From assembly GCA_030704615.1 (NCBI GenBank), contig CM060732.1, positions 4,650,001 to 4,714,000 on the forward strand: 64,000 bases of DNA, read 5' to 3'. The notes beneath the pieces were generated by a model that was given only the letters and a program-made list of their open reading frames with translations, was not told the origin of the DNA and made no database searches. This stretch comes from Takakia lepidozioides. Taxonomy: Eukaryota > Plantae > Bryophyta. Each line of letters opens with the position of its first letter. The first letter of the stretch is position 1. The position numbers and the translations under genes are program-made. Shown piece after piece: positions 50,222 through 64,000 of the stretch.

Positions 50222-52182
50222 TGGCATCCTCAAGCCTGAAATTGTCATGTGATCATGCAGGAGAATTCATGTGGTGCCCCATCTGATCTTCTCTAGCTAG
50301 CAAATGATCTTCTAGGAACATTGCGACTCCTTTGATTAGAAGTATGAATGCTGTTCCCTATTGACAAATTACTAATCCACAAAGAGAAGTCATAAAACGA
50401 GACTGTTGTAGCATGGTAAAGTCAGAACCATTTCCTTTGAAATTTTGCAAGGCGTAGAATAAGTGCAGCACAGAACAGGTCAGTCAACATAGAGATGCTC
50501 AGTGGAAAAACATCCGCCATTGCCTTGGCGTAGACACTAACCAAATCTAACTAATCACAAAGCATTGGATAGTGAAACATTGGTTGCAAGTTACAACTTC
50601 CAGGTCATATAATGGGGGAGTTAATTGTCGATAGATTCACTCTGTGCATCTCTGGTGCTATGAAGTTTTCTGATAGATTTCCACACAAGTGAAATGTGAT
50701 GTCACCTAATACCTTAACAACTTCATACTGTGATGTTGCTGGAACATGCAGCATTCTTCAGCATGTGCAGCTTAACATTAGCTTCCTTTCCGAGTCATTT
50801 GGCTGTCTACACGCTTCAACTGGTTTTGTTGCATACATATTGATGTGAGCAGTTGAATGGCATGCTCATTTGCAATTGCTTTTGTTGCACCAATGTGTTC
50901 CCATCTCTTGGTCTCCTTTACTCCTCCCACACAGCAATTCAAGTGTGAGAATTGAGAATATGGTCGTAGGTGCATGAATCCAATTACATAGAGGTGTTTA
51001 GCTGACTAACTTGCTCGTGAACTAAACAAACATTGTATAAGACCACATGCGGAAGTGATATTTGTGAGGTGAGAAGATTAGATTTGCCATGGGGAATGGG
51101 ATTCCACTGCTTGCAAAGATGACAGCACCTTCCACTATATGTTATGGGTACAAAGTCATAACAACCAATGGAAGATGCGATCAAATACCAACTAGGTTAA
51201 AGCTATGGCCAGCCTAACTTCAACTCAAATGGGTGATCATAAACTGGGAAAATTAGGTATCTAAAACCCATAGTGAGTTGACCTGTCAGTGCACCCACAG
51301 CCTGGAGGTCAGAAATAACACCATAAAAAAGGAATGGCAATGTTAGTCTCTTCATGAACGAGTTGTACTGGCCTCCCACTCTGATGCATGTTGTGCCAGC
51401 CTCAAGGCTTAAACTGCCTGCTTGTAGGTTCCTCGGGCAGTGAATTCAATGACTTCAGGAAGTGATGATTTAGGTAAACACCTTTCCAGGAATGCAAAGC
51501 TTACTTTTTGCCTGAAAGCTTTAAGGAAAAATGTACCATGCAAGCCACACTCATGAGATGCTGCTGGCCGCCTTCTGACCATACTCCAAGCCCAGTGGGG
51601 CAAGAGCACAGAAGGGGGTGCGGAGAAGCTCACTCTGGTATACCCAGAGCCACCATGGCCAACTACTCCAGTAGAGTGACAGTAAAAGGGAGATTGTCTA
51701 TGGTTTCCACACCCCCACCAATGAGGTAAGAATAACCCATAAACCAGTAATCCCCATAAGAATAACCAGAAAAACCAGAAAAACCAGTAGTCCTTCATCA
51801 GATTCAAAAGGTTGGCCAGGCATCTACATGCACATTGAGAGAGGTCAGCAGACAATCACCAATCAGCTTAGCAAGTAGAGCAGTGGTGTGGCAGATAAAA
51901 ACTACCACCCAGCACGCAGTGTTATGAAGACTCTTCTGTTTTACATTCCAACCACATCAATTGGAGACAGCATGAGAGCAGGACATCCACTTTGTCTCAT
52001 GTGTTAAAAACTGGAGAGGCCCAATGCTTCCTGCCCTCGAGATCTTATATTGACCTGAAAGAAATAAGCCCACCTCAGGTGGTCACATCCACCAGCAACC
52101 CATTTTGTCATCAAACTAACGACCCAATGCAGTAGATTACAGAAGTTGGATTACACCTCTCACACAATGTGCAGTTGATATA

Positions 52183-54160
52183 TTACACCCCAATGAGAGA
52201 ACCGCCCAAGACCCGCCAGGACTTTCTGCAACTCCCTGAGTTTTGCCACTGCAATCGACCCAGCAGCTCTTCAGCATGGCTCGAGTCAGCTTTACATGCG
52301 CTAACCCACTCCTTATTCTTTAGGGCAAGACTGAGGTATGTCCAGGCTTCCATGACCTCCCCAAGCAGTACACATATCCGGGCAGAGGCTTCATGTATTC
52401 TACCTAGAAGTTCTAAGACTCCAGGTGTGTTTCTTAAAGGTCCACACTCCTCTGCAAGGAGCTTCACACGTGGTCTGCGGCTGTGAACCATGCCTTCTGA
52501 AGGTGGAATACAAGGAGAAGATCCCTCACTTTGAGACTCCATATCCTCTTTTACATCTCTAGACAGCGGAAGGGAAACGACCCTGGATTTGCCATTGGCA
52601 AGGTTTGTTTGTGCCTCTAGAAGATTGGCAGCAGCCTCAAGGTCATACTTGGCAGAGTTGATGAGGAATCCCTGGCTCTCTACCTTCTGTGGGCCTGAAT
52701 CTGCCTGGGTGTCTGGCAAGACATTCAGATGAAGGGTGGTCTGCAGCAGGAACAGTCTTCTTTTTAACAACATCCTATAACCGCATTGTGGACCAAAAAA
52801 CTGAGTTTCTGGGGAAAAGAGAAGAGCAAACCTTTAGGGAGGCGAGACAGAAGAGGGCTTCAGCGTGCTCATAGGGCAGATCACACACACTCAAACTCTC
52901 TACCGCTGCCTGTAAGCTCTTGAGATATGGCTCCCCCTTCTGCAATTTAGCAAGCAACCTGGCATTTAACAGATAACCAGACACTTAGTCAGCAACATTG
53001 CTCCAATAACTGACCTACAATTCCTGTCTGAGCATCATGAAACCATCTGAGACATGCTCACTGGCTACTCACTTAGTGACACCATAGCTTTTTGCTCATG
53101 AACTCTATGGAGATCCAGTAATTGTCCTTTTCAGGTAGTGAAAGGTCCTAATTAGCAGGTGCCTCCACCGATAAGACCCTCTCATAGGTATCTCTTTACA
53201 GAGTGCACAAAACTTCTGTATTGTCATATCCCACCATTTAGGTCCCACATCTAAGACCAGATTATTATCTATTGATCTTAGTCTGCTGCATTGGCAAGAC
53301 CCGTTGATCCATTAATACCACTGCTAGTTCTTCGATTGCAGCTTGAACTGATCCTCAAATTCATAATAAAATCTGTTTCAACGGAATTGAGCCTTCTAAG
53401 TGTAAGACCACACACCCACCGGAGACAACGGGCCTCTTCTGCTTTAAAATGCAGCCGGCGAGCAGTTACAAGTGCCCCAAGTAGAAGTTTCTTCCCAACC
53501 TCCATATCATGTCCCTGTAAAGCCGCTGCACCAGCTAGCCGGCTGGCCTTCAGCACTAGCTCTTGCAGTGCCATACTGTCGGCCTCCCCAGTCACCTCTC
53601 CCTCAACACAATCCTGCTCCTCAGTCCCACAATCTGCAGACGAGAAGAAACCAGAATTCTGATGCCTCACAGATGAATACAGCAAAACTGCACCCCCTCC
53701 TCCTTCTTCCACCTCTCAATGTCTAGATCAGGAAAAATCTAGCTCCATAAGGCTACGGTAAGCAAAAGTCTCACCAGCAGATGTCTTTCTGCCATTCTCC
53801 TTCCTGTACCTAAGGCAACCCAACTGTCATCTGAGAGCTCACCTTTAAATAGTAAAGTGGCTGCTGAGAACAGTGCTTGAGCCCTTTTGCACTCTTCCCG
53901 CCTTAACTGGCATTTGCCGGCCTCCAGAAGACACTTTCCAGCATCCAGCTTCAGGCCACTGGACTGGCACACACGAAGCACTAGTAGGTGGCATTTTTCA
54001 GCTTGACAGATCTGGCCCTTCTGGCTATAGAGGGCAGCCACAGAGATCCATGCTGTTACTTGGCCCCGCACTGCCTCTCTGGCCACTTCATCAGCTGCTG
54101 GTGAGGCATCATTCAGAGCATACTTCTCCGCCTCTCTGTATGTAGACATCGAAATCAATG
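52183..54160 (-). CDS. Exons of a host-like helical-repeat (TPR-like) protein, possibly disrupted
   Basis: Ala/Leu-rich ORFs 53739-54158, 53278-53712, 52775-52984, 52183-52773 on one strand; gene model not resolved. Confidence 0.45.
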
Positions 54161-54620
54161 AAATCAGGAGCTAATAATGCACTCTGACAACAATTCTGTA
54201 GGTACACCAACTGACCACAACTAAATATCTGGCCACCATTTAGTTAGCTTGTCTGTGCCAGAGGATAAGGGGCCCAAGGGAGGTGGTTATCATCCCTGGT
54301 TGTCACAACCTGTGTAGCTGTAAAGAAGAAATACTATGTATAAGCAAACCTAAGGCTTTTTAGATATGGGCCACAACAGTACTCTCCTTAATGATACTGG
54401 CGGGCAGTGTCACAAGCCTCCACTGGGGTCAGGCATTGCTGTACTGCCATACCCATAGGTAAAGATAACCGAAATACCAAAAGAGTGCTAGAATGTTCAC
54501 ACCTGAAAATGCGAGCGGCTGCTTCATACTCCACCATGGCACCTAAGGAGTCACCCTACATGTTGTGCCACCCAAATTATTCGATTCATTGCTATGCTTT
54601 TGAAGTAACAAACTATTCAA

Positions 54621-56260
54621 TTAATGAACAGGTATCATGCACATTTTACCATAGAACTGTGTGCCTAGCCCGGAATGAGCCGGAGAAAGGTGCAGGGGTG
54701 GAAAGGGCACCTGGGCAGCCATCTTGGTGGCGTGTAGCATGCATGCCACTGCTTTTTGGCAAGACTCCGGTAACCCAACCGCCATGGACTCATCAATCTG
54801 TGTGTCCTCCTCTATGGGTTTCTCCACCTCATCTATGATTTCACGTTCACCTCCAGACTGATGCAAGGAGTTGGTAAACACTTCGAGAGTCTCTCTCATC
54901 GCTCCGGTCACTTCCACACCCCAACTTGTGAGGAAATTCTTTTGCTCAGTATGTACAAAACTTGGCTTGGGTTTGCAAGACACTCCTAACTGTAACTCCC
55001 GTGGGCATCCCGACGGTTTTTCTTGCACACTTGTATTAGGGGGCTTCTCTGCAGCAATGTCTTTAACATCTTCCACCATCAATTTCCCTTTACTGTCTAT
55101 ACAGCTCTGGTCAACAATTTCATCGACCAGAGACCTGTTCTCAGGCAAGTGGTCAGTTCCTCTACTTTCATTGGCACAGCAATCAGAACTTTCTCGTTCA
55201 GCACTTTGCTCGCAATTCTTCATGCCTTCCCTTGGCATGTCTGTACAATTGGGAAGCCATAGGTCCTCAGGAAGTTCACCATCAGGGGAGGGTGGGGGAG
55301 CTCTCAAACTCTCTTCTTCATTAAAACTGGATCCTTCAATAATTTGCTGAGAACCTAAAGACACATCTGATCTGCAAAACGCAACGTCACACTCTCCATC
55401 ATTGCATTCATGATTTCTAGCCATTAAATGCAAGGGCATTGCTAAGTGCAACCACCCATTTGTTACAATTGGTCACTTTCACTTTCAGATGAGATCCCGT
55501 GTCTTCCACAGAACTGAACACAGAAGGGTGTGAGGTGCTAGGTCCAAGCTTTTTGAACTGAAAGTACTTAAGAGCAGATCTCGAAGGAAGCCTATTGATA
55601 GATAACAGCTCACAGGGCATTACTTATTGCATATAGATTCACAATGAATACGTTAAAGCTGTACACTGAGTCTCTTTCCTCTTCCCACCTCCTCTCCCTC
55701 TCCTAAAAGACTCTACTTTCCAAACCAGGTACGGGGTTTATGAAAAAACAAAGTATGTTGAAAACCCTCTTGAAACATTGGTACTAGGCCCTCCCCTTTC
55801 TTCATTTACTTTCTGCTCCCCAATCCAGAAAAATCCTACAAACTCACATTTAAAGGCACGATAGACTAGGGCACCCATGCACAACAAAACACAAAACCAC
55901 CGACCTTGAATTTGGCACCTTATTACTCTTCTTGGACTTATGAGTGCCCCCTTGCTTCTTCCTGGATGTTTGTGTGTCTGAGCTGGCTTTGCTTTTATGA
56001 CGGAGGTGTTTCTGGTAGCTCCGGCGTGAGAAAAATATGGGCATGCGATTGTGTCTGACAGTATGCGACACTGAGGTACAAACAGGATCCAAAACGTCTG
56101 GATGCCACTTGACATGCAGTTTCGGTCGTGGCCCCAGTCCTGTCCCTTCTGACCCTCCTCGCATAGCTGATTGCTTGGGCTGCAATCTGGTCTGCATGCA
56201 CAGAATGGTTTTTGCTAAAGTTATCTCAAGAGAATTAGAGATGCAATGATCATCAGTTAC
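54621..56260 (-). CDS. Exons of an uncharacterised plant protein with SAMRGG...KLHVKWHPDVLDP..TSVSHTV motif
   Basis: Motif in ORF 55850-56371 resembles a conserved plant motif (VxWxPDVxDP); acidic low-complexity ORF 54621-55451 downstream; may belong to one gene with neighbouring exons. Confidence 0.45.
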
Positions 56261-56708
56261 ACCTGCAGATGAGCAACAATTGCAGCCTTCTGTACCCTCT
56301 CCAAAGATTATAAAGACAACTTTTTTGGATATGAATAGGTTGGATAGACCCTCCTCACACACATGAAACAAAACATGTAATCATGAGTACACATGCAAGA
56401 ATCCAAATCAGAATTCAGAGCTGGATCTCATGAACAAAGTCACTGTTGAAGGCCCTGGGGAAGTGGATGTCAAGACTGCTGTCTCATTCAAAGTACTATG
56501 AAACTGGGCTAGTGAAGCTTTTGTGGCGGATGCTGAATTCGAGGAGAGGAGGGAAGAAGGGTTAAGTGAGCGGGGGAAGAGAGCCCTATGGAGGGCAGAG
56601 GAGTGGAAAGAGAAAGGGAGAGGAAGGAAAGATTTGAAGAGGCAAAGTTCAATAGAGAGAGGGACAGAAACTGGTAATGCATGCTCAATAGAGGCAAAGA
56701 TATGTACA

Positions 56709-57656
56709 CTATTCAAGGCTTACCAGCAGAGAAGTAGAGGAAGTATAAATTGGGCTCTCAATCTCCGGAGAAGCGGATAATGACAAGTTTGAGGTATCTG
56801 ACTCCTGCATTGAGCCTTCACCCTGGCCTGAAATTGAACAACCGCTACTAGCTGCAGCCACTTTTATAAAGGATATGACACTGGGCATGACTTTGGCCCC
56901 TTCTTCTTTCTGTACCATTTCCCCTGATGACAGGACAAACTCAGAAGTCTCTGTAGGACTAGAGGCAGTAGGACTCCCCTTTCCTTTCTTCTTTTTCCTT
57001 TTTCTCTTGTCTTCAAATGGCGAATGTGGTGGAGTTTGAAGTTCGAAGTTTTTGTTCCAGCTGACTCGCATCTCTCTTCCATCAATAGAGAATCTCGAGC
57101 TTGAACCAGCACCCCATGCTTCAGATGGGGAGTGAGGGGCAGCGCCATGTTCTTTTAGAGTCTTGAGAGTCAAATCCGTGTCAGCTTGATCCAATCTGCT
57201 TCTATGTTGACTGCCTGAACCAGTTCATCAGCAGCTTTCATCAGGGGGTGAAAATATGAAAAAGGGGAAGAAATCCTATTGTGGGGCATGAGAGACATAT
57301 GTGGTAGTTCAAGAACAGCGCAGATTCGAAATACACACTGTTTCACCTGATTTGGTCTGTCCGGTGATCAATCCCGCAGGTGCTGCAGAGGGAGTGACAA
57401 CAGATGGCAACAAAATCCGCAGATGTGATCTTCGCAAACTTCTGCCATGATGGCAATGGCTGTCGCACTCAAAGCACAATGCTACTCCACACTTCTCACA
57501 CCACAGCAGTTTGTTGGCTGTTTCGTCACAATCGTCGCACTGTCTTCCTCCTGTGAGGCTGTTGGATGCCAATAGACAACCTGACATCTGAGCCCCATAA
57601 CCATCGCGTGCGTGTAAGTACAAAGACTGACAACGGGAGGCAGGAGAATATCTCAT
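56709..57656 (-). CDS. B-box zinc finger-containing exon plus Ser-rich exon with NLS
   Basis: CDDC...WCEKCGVALCFECDSHCH...H.R B-box pattern; phase-compatible intron 57215-57346; KRKRKKKKGK. Confidence 0.6.
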
Positions 57657-59519
57657 TAAACAGCATAGATGCTTGACGATTGGGAGTGAGAAGAATCATC
57701 TTGCAGCTCTGTGGTTGGTTGAACAGCCGAATGAACAGTACGCCGGACTAGCCAGTAGGCAGAAAGCTGAGGGTGGCTGCAGAGGCCATGAGCTACTTGT
57801 AAGAAGTTATCATGTTCAGCTACTAAACATGGTCTTAGTAAGTTAAACCCTATCACTGACTAACAGCAATATGCTAATGATTAGATCCATGGTAACGCCA
57901 GGAGGTTTTTAAACCCATGCGCACCTGCAGCAGCCCAAAACCTCAAACCACATTGGAGTCAGGGGAGAGTGGGCCTGACTTCAGAAATCATAGATAATGG
58001 TCACTGGTAAAGACCGCCAGAAAGGTCAAACAACATAGGGAAACATTGGAACTGCAATTGAGCGCTCTGGCACGCCCCAGCTCCGGTGTCAGGTGCCCAA
58101 GCACAGAACTGAGACTCCTCCTTAAAATGAGGAGATTCTTCACTGAATGCATCTGAGTTTTCAAAATCACCAAGTCCATATCTTCATATGCAGACTATCG
58201 GCTGAGTTTTAAAAGGAAACAGTTGGACAGCCCTTGCGGGAAGGTAGCAATCCAGGAGCATGGGCCATTTCTCCTGGTAGGACCACTGCTAAGAACCCCA
58301 GCAGCCATAGACTCTTGTCCATTGCTGAAAACCCTTCAATTTCAACCGTAGTGTGACTCAGAAACACCCCTTTTTGTCTAACCATCACTGACGGATAGCC
58401 GTTCTGCAATCTATCCCAACTCTTCGTACGAAACAACACGGACAAGTGGTTGTGTTGCAGTGTCGAAATACTCTGTTCCAAAGCCGCGGAGGCTGGAGGA
58501 GTTTAGGAAGTTTCACTGCTCCCAAAGCCCACATCAGGCATAACATGCTCGTGACTTCTCTCACAACTTCATCCCTACTACCAGTTTAACAATGTATTTT
58601 CACAACGTCCCCACACCGTCACTGAGGGACTGAAACAAATCATAGAACAGAATTAGAGGAGTCAAGAGCGGACTCTGTCAAGCAAGCATGAAAAACGACT
58701 ATAAGTAGTAAATTGTTATAAGCGAAAGATTGTTTCACACCAAAAACTGGCTACTAATGCCCGTCATGTCACCCCACATTAAACATCGACAGTTGAAGGC
58801 AACATGCATTGCATTGCGACGTGATGGTGCACTCACTGTCACCTTCTTGAACATTATCCCCTTCAACAATGGCCAGGTTTGAGTGGCGCCTATACAAAAC
58901 CGACAAGCTCTTCCACCCCTAAACCCCTTATGACAATTTCAAACAACCTATCACCGTCGGGATGTACAACGCCGCACCCGAAGACCGACATAAATACACA
59001 TCACGACCTCTCAGGTCACGGATCTCTGCACATTCAATGTGTGATGCCACAATTCGAGCACACTGGCCATACCTCAGATCCTTGCAGGGTAGTTATATCC
59101 AATGCAAACTGCCAAAATGCGCCACGGCGCTGAGGGGCGCTGGTCTCCACAAAAGTCAAGCCATTGCTCTAGTCAGACAACGATACACACCTCTCACTCC
59201 AGACATCGCGAGGGTGCCAAATCCTCGTCCCTATTCTGTACAAATCATCCCACGCACTTTTACCGCGGGAGGAAAAGCAAGGCAGAGGGGGACGACCATC
59301 ACTATGCGCGTGATGTACACGCCATGCTACCCAGCCACGTGTCACCCTTTCAATCGGTATTATCCGTTTAACCCATCATTCTGGCGCCTACCTGGCTAGT
59401 AGACTTGAAATTGGCTAAACCGTGGCTTTAGGAGAGGTGGTGGGTAGGCCACGCGTAGGCCACATGGCTATTTCCCAATTTAAAATTATTTATTTATGTA
59501 GACATATGAGGGGATGATG

Positions 59520-62500
59520 ATGGCATCTTGGCTTCAGGGTCGTGCTCAATGTGCTTTTCACTTCTTCTTCGACTCTTTTTCCTTCCACGGCTTTCATCAA
59601 TATCTACGCTCCCAATTTGGTCCCGGATTGTATCCAATTTTTGACTATGCTGCACTCTAACATTTTAAATAATCCCCAGGTTGTTAACTGGGTTCTTCCC
59701 AGCGACTGCAATACGGTGGACAACGTTTCTGATAGGTTGGGTCCTTCTGCTCAGACTCTAGTTGGTTTTTCTAACTCCTTTCTTCCGGATCATCACTCTC
59801 TTAGATACACTTGGTCCAACAATAGATCTCCCCCAGATCTGTCTATGGCCAGGCTTGATAGGATTTACTGCTCTCCGCTATCTACCCCTTTGGGCCACAA
59901 TGGATCCTCTCCCTCCCATTTTTGTCGGACTTTGACCACGCTTTAGTTTCTATGGAATTCAAGCCCCCTGGGCTCCACCAAAGGGGAAGGGGTTTCTTTA
60001 AACTGAACCCAGTGCTTCTTCGGTCTCCTTCCTTAGTTCAAAAGCTTGCCTCAGTCTGGAAAAATGCGGGCAACGCCTTTCTGTCTCCTACCCTCAGATT
60101 TCTGCATAAACTGGAGGCCACTAGGAAGCTTTCCTAGTCCTTATCTAGGGAGTTGGCTCAGGAGAGGACCAGAAAAGAAAGAGCCCTTCTCAAATGTATC
60201 TCTCACTGCCAATGGCTTCTGGAGACGGATGTTGTTGGCCCCGTGACTCTGCAAACTTACAATACGGCTAAAGGCAATCTGCTAGAGCTTTGTTCTCTCA
60301 AGGAGGAAAACCTTGAGAGGAAAGCTGGGGTCAATTGGTCTCTTCAAGGTGAAAACATGTCTACTTTTTTTTTTTTCAAAAAACCAAGCAACGTTGAAGG
60401 CTTCTACAACCATAAGTTCTCTGAAAGATAGGATGAACATCCCCCAGACCAGCCCCAAAAACATGGCTGCCTCTGTGGCTGATTACTTTGGAGCTCTTTT
60501 TGCTCGTCCGCCAGTTACTGAGGTCATTCTCTCCAATAGGCATTTAGTCCTGCAGTCTATTCCCTGTATTCTTTCTCCTCAAGACATCCTAATCCTGAAC
60601 GAGCCTTTTTTGGTGGACAAACTTCTTAGAGCTACTGAGGCCCTTGCCTCCCTTAATTCTCCAGGTTTAGATGGGCTTCCGGTCAAATTCTTTAAGTCTC
60701 TTTGGCAAGATGTGGGCGTTGATTTTTCGCTCATGGCCAATGATATCCTGGTCAAAGGAATTATGCCCTCTCAGCTTCTCAGGGAGGCATAACGCTTATC
60801 TTCAAGAAAGGAGAGAGACACCTCATACAGGCCGATAAATTTGCTTAACTCCACATATAAGATTATAGCTAAGGCCTTGGCGATGCGTCTTCAGCCCTTC
60901 CTTTTCAAGCTAGTGCATCCAGAGCAGACTGGGTTTATGAAAAAAGGATGATCTTGGACAACGTTCTTCTTTCCATTGAGGCTCTTCACTTGGCTCATGT
61001 TTCCAACCAGCCTTTAGCATTGCCTATGTTGGACTTCAAGAAGGCCTTTGACAACGTCGATTGGTCTCTGCTGTTGGGGGCTCTTGACAAATTGGGGTTC
61101 TTCGGGCTTCCAGTAGTGTGTAGATTAATGCCTGGTCCTGTCTCCTTCCTTTCCCTTACATAGATCTGTCCGGCAAGGTTGTCCCCTTGCCCCTTTCCTT
61201 TTCATTTTGCATACCGATTCTGAGCCACCTGCTCTCTGGTAATCACTCCATCCAGGGCCTAAAAATCCCTAGGTCCTTACCTTCTCCATTGTCTGTTAAA
61301 ACCTCTATGTACGCTGACGGTACGGTCCTACTGCTTGACAATTCTTGTGTCCAATATTTCAAAGTCCCTCTCGGCTCTTTCCTCCTTTTGCTTCGCCTCC
61401 GGCCTCAAGGTCAACTGGTCCAAATTAGTTGTTATTTAGTCAAAGTTGACTGACCATACTTCCAGAGACAGAGAGAGAAGACTCCGGCCAAGGCCGGCGT
61501 AACTAAGAGCCACTTCGCCTCACGGCTACTGCCCCTTTCGGGGGTGGGCTTTATAAGTAAAGACCATACTTCCAATTTGCACATTGCCCCTTGGGGGAAC
61601 GACCTTGGCTTGCGTTGGCTGTAGGATGGCCAACCTCATAACCTGTTTGGGCACCTGGTGGGACACGATCTGTCAGACCAACAACAATGTGATGTCATTC
61701 TCTCAAGACTTAAACGGAAGCTTTCTTACTAGAGCTCCCTCCATTGGTCAATCACAGGCAAAGCCCTTGTGGCCAATCAAGTTCTTTTGGCCTCTTCTTG
61801 GTTCGACACTGCTTTTGTCTGGTCCCCTGGCTTTGCGATCATCAAGTAGATTAAATCCATGATCAAGAATGTTATACAGGGAGCCACTCCAGCTTCTCCA
61901 TCTAGGAGGGCTCATGTCACTCCAAAAAATAAAAAAATAAAAAATAAAAATCTTGGGATAATCGACCCTCAGGCTCAAATTATTGCCTTGCTCTCTAAAT
62001 GGGTTCCTAGGGTTTTTACGAATCTTTCCACGCCTTGGAGTCTTATAGTCAGATGTCATATCCTTGACGCTCATCCAGGTTGTGGTTCTTGGCCGCAGTC
62101 TCTCAGGTGGATTGTGTAGGGTGGGCGGACTTCCACAGCTTCGGCTATCGGCTCTAAAGCCTAGCAGTCTATATGGGCAGCCTAGCTAGGGATGAGACTG
62201 CAATTGTTTCAGTCTGTCCCTTCTATTGTGGAGGAAACTCTTTGGCAGTCTGTGTTTGGGAACTATAACGCGGATCAGAGGCTCTTATAGTGTTCCAATA
62301 AGTGGGTCTTTTGGGAGCAGGCTGGTATTTCCAACTTCTGCCACTTTTGGGAGTCTGGTGCGATGCTTCCTAAGGCTGTAGCTACTGAATCCCTATCTTC
62401 CCAGCGAAAAGCTTCTGCTTGGGATTCCATCATTTTAGAGCTCTTTGATAGTTGGATCTCCGCCTGTTCTTTTCCGTTGAATCTCAGGCAACTCCCAGCA

Positions 62501-63835
62501 TGGTTGGGAGGAGGGGATCGCAGTTCCTCGCTTTTCGCTTTTTACACTACCTCATGATCCAATCTAGTTCTTCTTCATGGCTGGAAGTTCAGTGTTTGCC
62601 CTTATGGCTCGTTGATTTCCCCCTATTGCACTACGCAATTAGAATCAGATCTCTACGCTATCAGAGTTTTCTGTGCTGCTTCTAGTAAAACTGACCCGAT
62701 ACCTCCTGTTAACATGATGCATTATGACGAGTCTTTTGTCTGGTTCCTCTCAGCTCCTTTGCAGCTATTGCACTTCGATGCTGCTGAATGGCCTGGATGT
62801 CTAGGAATCGTGCGCTCATTTCTTCGGATACTCGGTGAAACTTGGTTACTCCTTTTTAAGACCACCCTCTGTTTTCGTTGCCAAATGGAACTCTAAATGG
62901 AGGAATCTGCCTTCCCTTCCTAGTAACTAGAAATCAATCTAGAAGGACGTATTGAGGAAGGACAGAGCTGCTAAACTCTCTCCAGATTCTTATGGAAACT
63001 GGTCAATAGAATTCTTCCAGTTTTTGAATTCATTCCTGACTCTCCTACCCATTGTTCGCTATATTCCTAGGGGCAATCTGAGACTATAGAACATTGTCTA
63101 GCAGTCTGTCCCTTGGCTTCATTTATTTGGAACCTCGTCTGCAGATTCTACCAGCCTTGGGATTCGAATGTCCCTAGAGACTTGTCAGTTTTGCTCCTCA
63201 ACTTACATGATGGTGCTCTCCGGAGGTTATGCCCGGTCTAGGCAGCCCTTAGGGCCCATACTCTATGGAACATATGGAAATACAGATATTCTCTGGTTTT
63301 TGGAGGAGTGCAGCCTTGCGTAAAATTGTTGTTGCACAGAGTTCACTCAGACATTATGTTTGAAGCTTGGAAGCGTGGCAGGTTTTGTGTGCAGTTGCTG
63401 CTAGATGTGTGGAAGGAAGGAGAGTGCGGCTATTCTCTAGCTTTGATAACTCTTAGGGAAAAGGCCTGCACTTCTACACAACAACCTCTCAATCAACGGT
63501 TATCTGGAACGACAGCTTCATGTCATGTTGGCAGCTTAACAAGCGCTTTGCAGTCTATGGAGCCTGAAGAATCCGATGTGAACTGGCGCCACAAGTGGCT
63601 TAGGAAGGGCAAATCCAAGGCCCACCTTTCTTTCAATTCCACCACTCGTTAGATCACCCACATTTTGCAATCTTCCCCCCCATCTGCGGATCTTTCTTAC
63701 CTTCTCGCAGATCTCTTTAGTCCTTGGCTACGGGGCAGTGTCCCCTTTTTCATCCTTCATGGTTGTTTTATCGAGGTTATTTTTTCCTCGTTTTTATTAA
63801 TAAAAAATTTCAGGGCCTCTGTCCCCTGTTCCTAT
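59520..63835 (+). mobile_element. Decayed LINE (L1/Tx1-like) ORF2: APE endonuclease, RT, C-terminal Zn knuckle
   Basis: INIYAPN, YTWSN, ARLDRIY, SPGLDGLP..FF, LDFKKAFDNVDW, RQGCPLAP, YAD, ETIEH; many stops/frameshifts; followed by (TA)n. Confidence 0.9.
61452..61574. mobile_element. 97-bp insertion flanked by 13-bp target-site duplication
   Basis: GACCATACTTCCA at 61452-61464 and 61562-61574. Confidence 0.7.
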
Positions 63836-63857
63836 ATATATATATATATATATATAT
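63833..63857. repeat. (TA)n microsatellite
   Basis: Read directly. Confidence 0.95.
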
Positions 63858-64000
63858 TGTTTTGAACAAAATCTGTCTTGATAAAAAATACTGATGTGGA
63901 TATGGATATTTCTCTTCAAAATTGAAGGTAGTTTGTTCTATGAGCTTTCATGAACATGTTCAAAAGATTCTTTCTTCATTCATTAGTAGGATCTCAGGGC

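Noticed and set aside
1-64000. tRNA, rRNA or telomeric arrays
   Set aside because: None recognised; only isolated TTAGGG hexamers and a tRNA-complementary PBS

Overview
Eukaryotic nuclear DNA, most likely from a non-seed land plant (bryophyte/fern-type PLS-PPR repeats, spliceosomal introns). About 50 kb of nested, mostly decayed transposable elements is followed by a few host-like exons and a dead LINE. The dominant component is a Mutator (MULE)-type DNA transposon family present as five pieces (1-1290, ~5900-12512, 25555-40036, 45819-46307, 46308-49750). Its transposase has a GCM/WRKY-like Zn domain, a DDE core and a C-terminal SWIM finger. Its non-coding DNA is studded with a 22-30 bp palindrome (GGAAATnCGGCGCCGnATTTCC). 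The 25555-40036 copy, bounded by matching imperfect inverted ends, also contains a divergently oriented ~10-exon gene encoding a ParB/Srx-like domain (VWDGNHR) fused to a beta-class N4C/N6A DNA methyltransferase domain. Transposase + ParB-methyltransferase + palindrome arrays is the best candidate for an undescribed system. Separately, a retroelement fragment shows an aspartic protease followed by a C5-cytosine methyltransferase N-terminus (28300-29606). Also present: a hAT transposase and a RING gene sharing hairpin end arrays, Gypsy and Copia remnants, a 1 kb satellite with a fold-back, a PPR pseudogene and a GDP-mannose pyrophosphorylase fragment. All calls come from reading motifs by eye; no database search was run.
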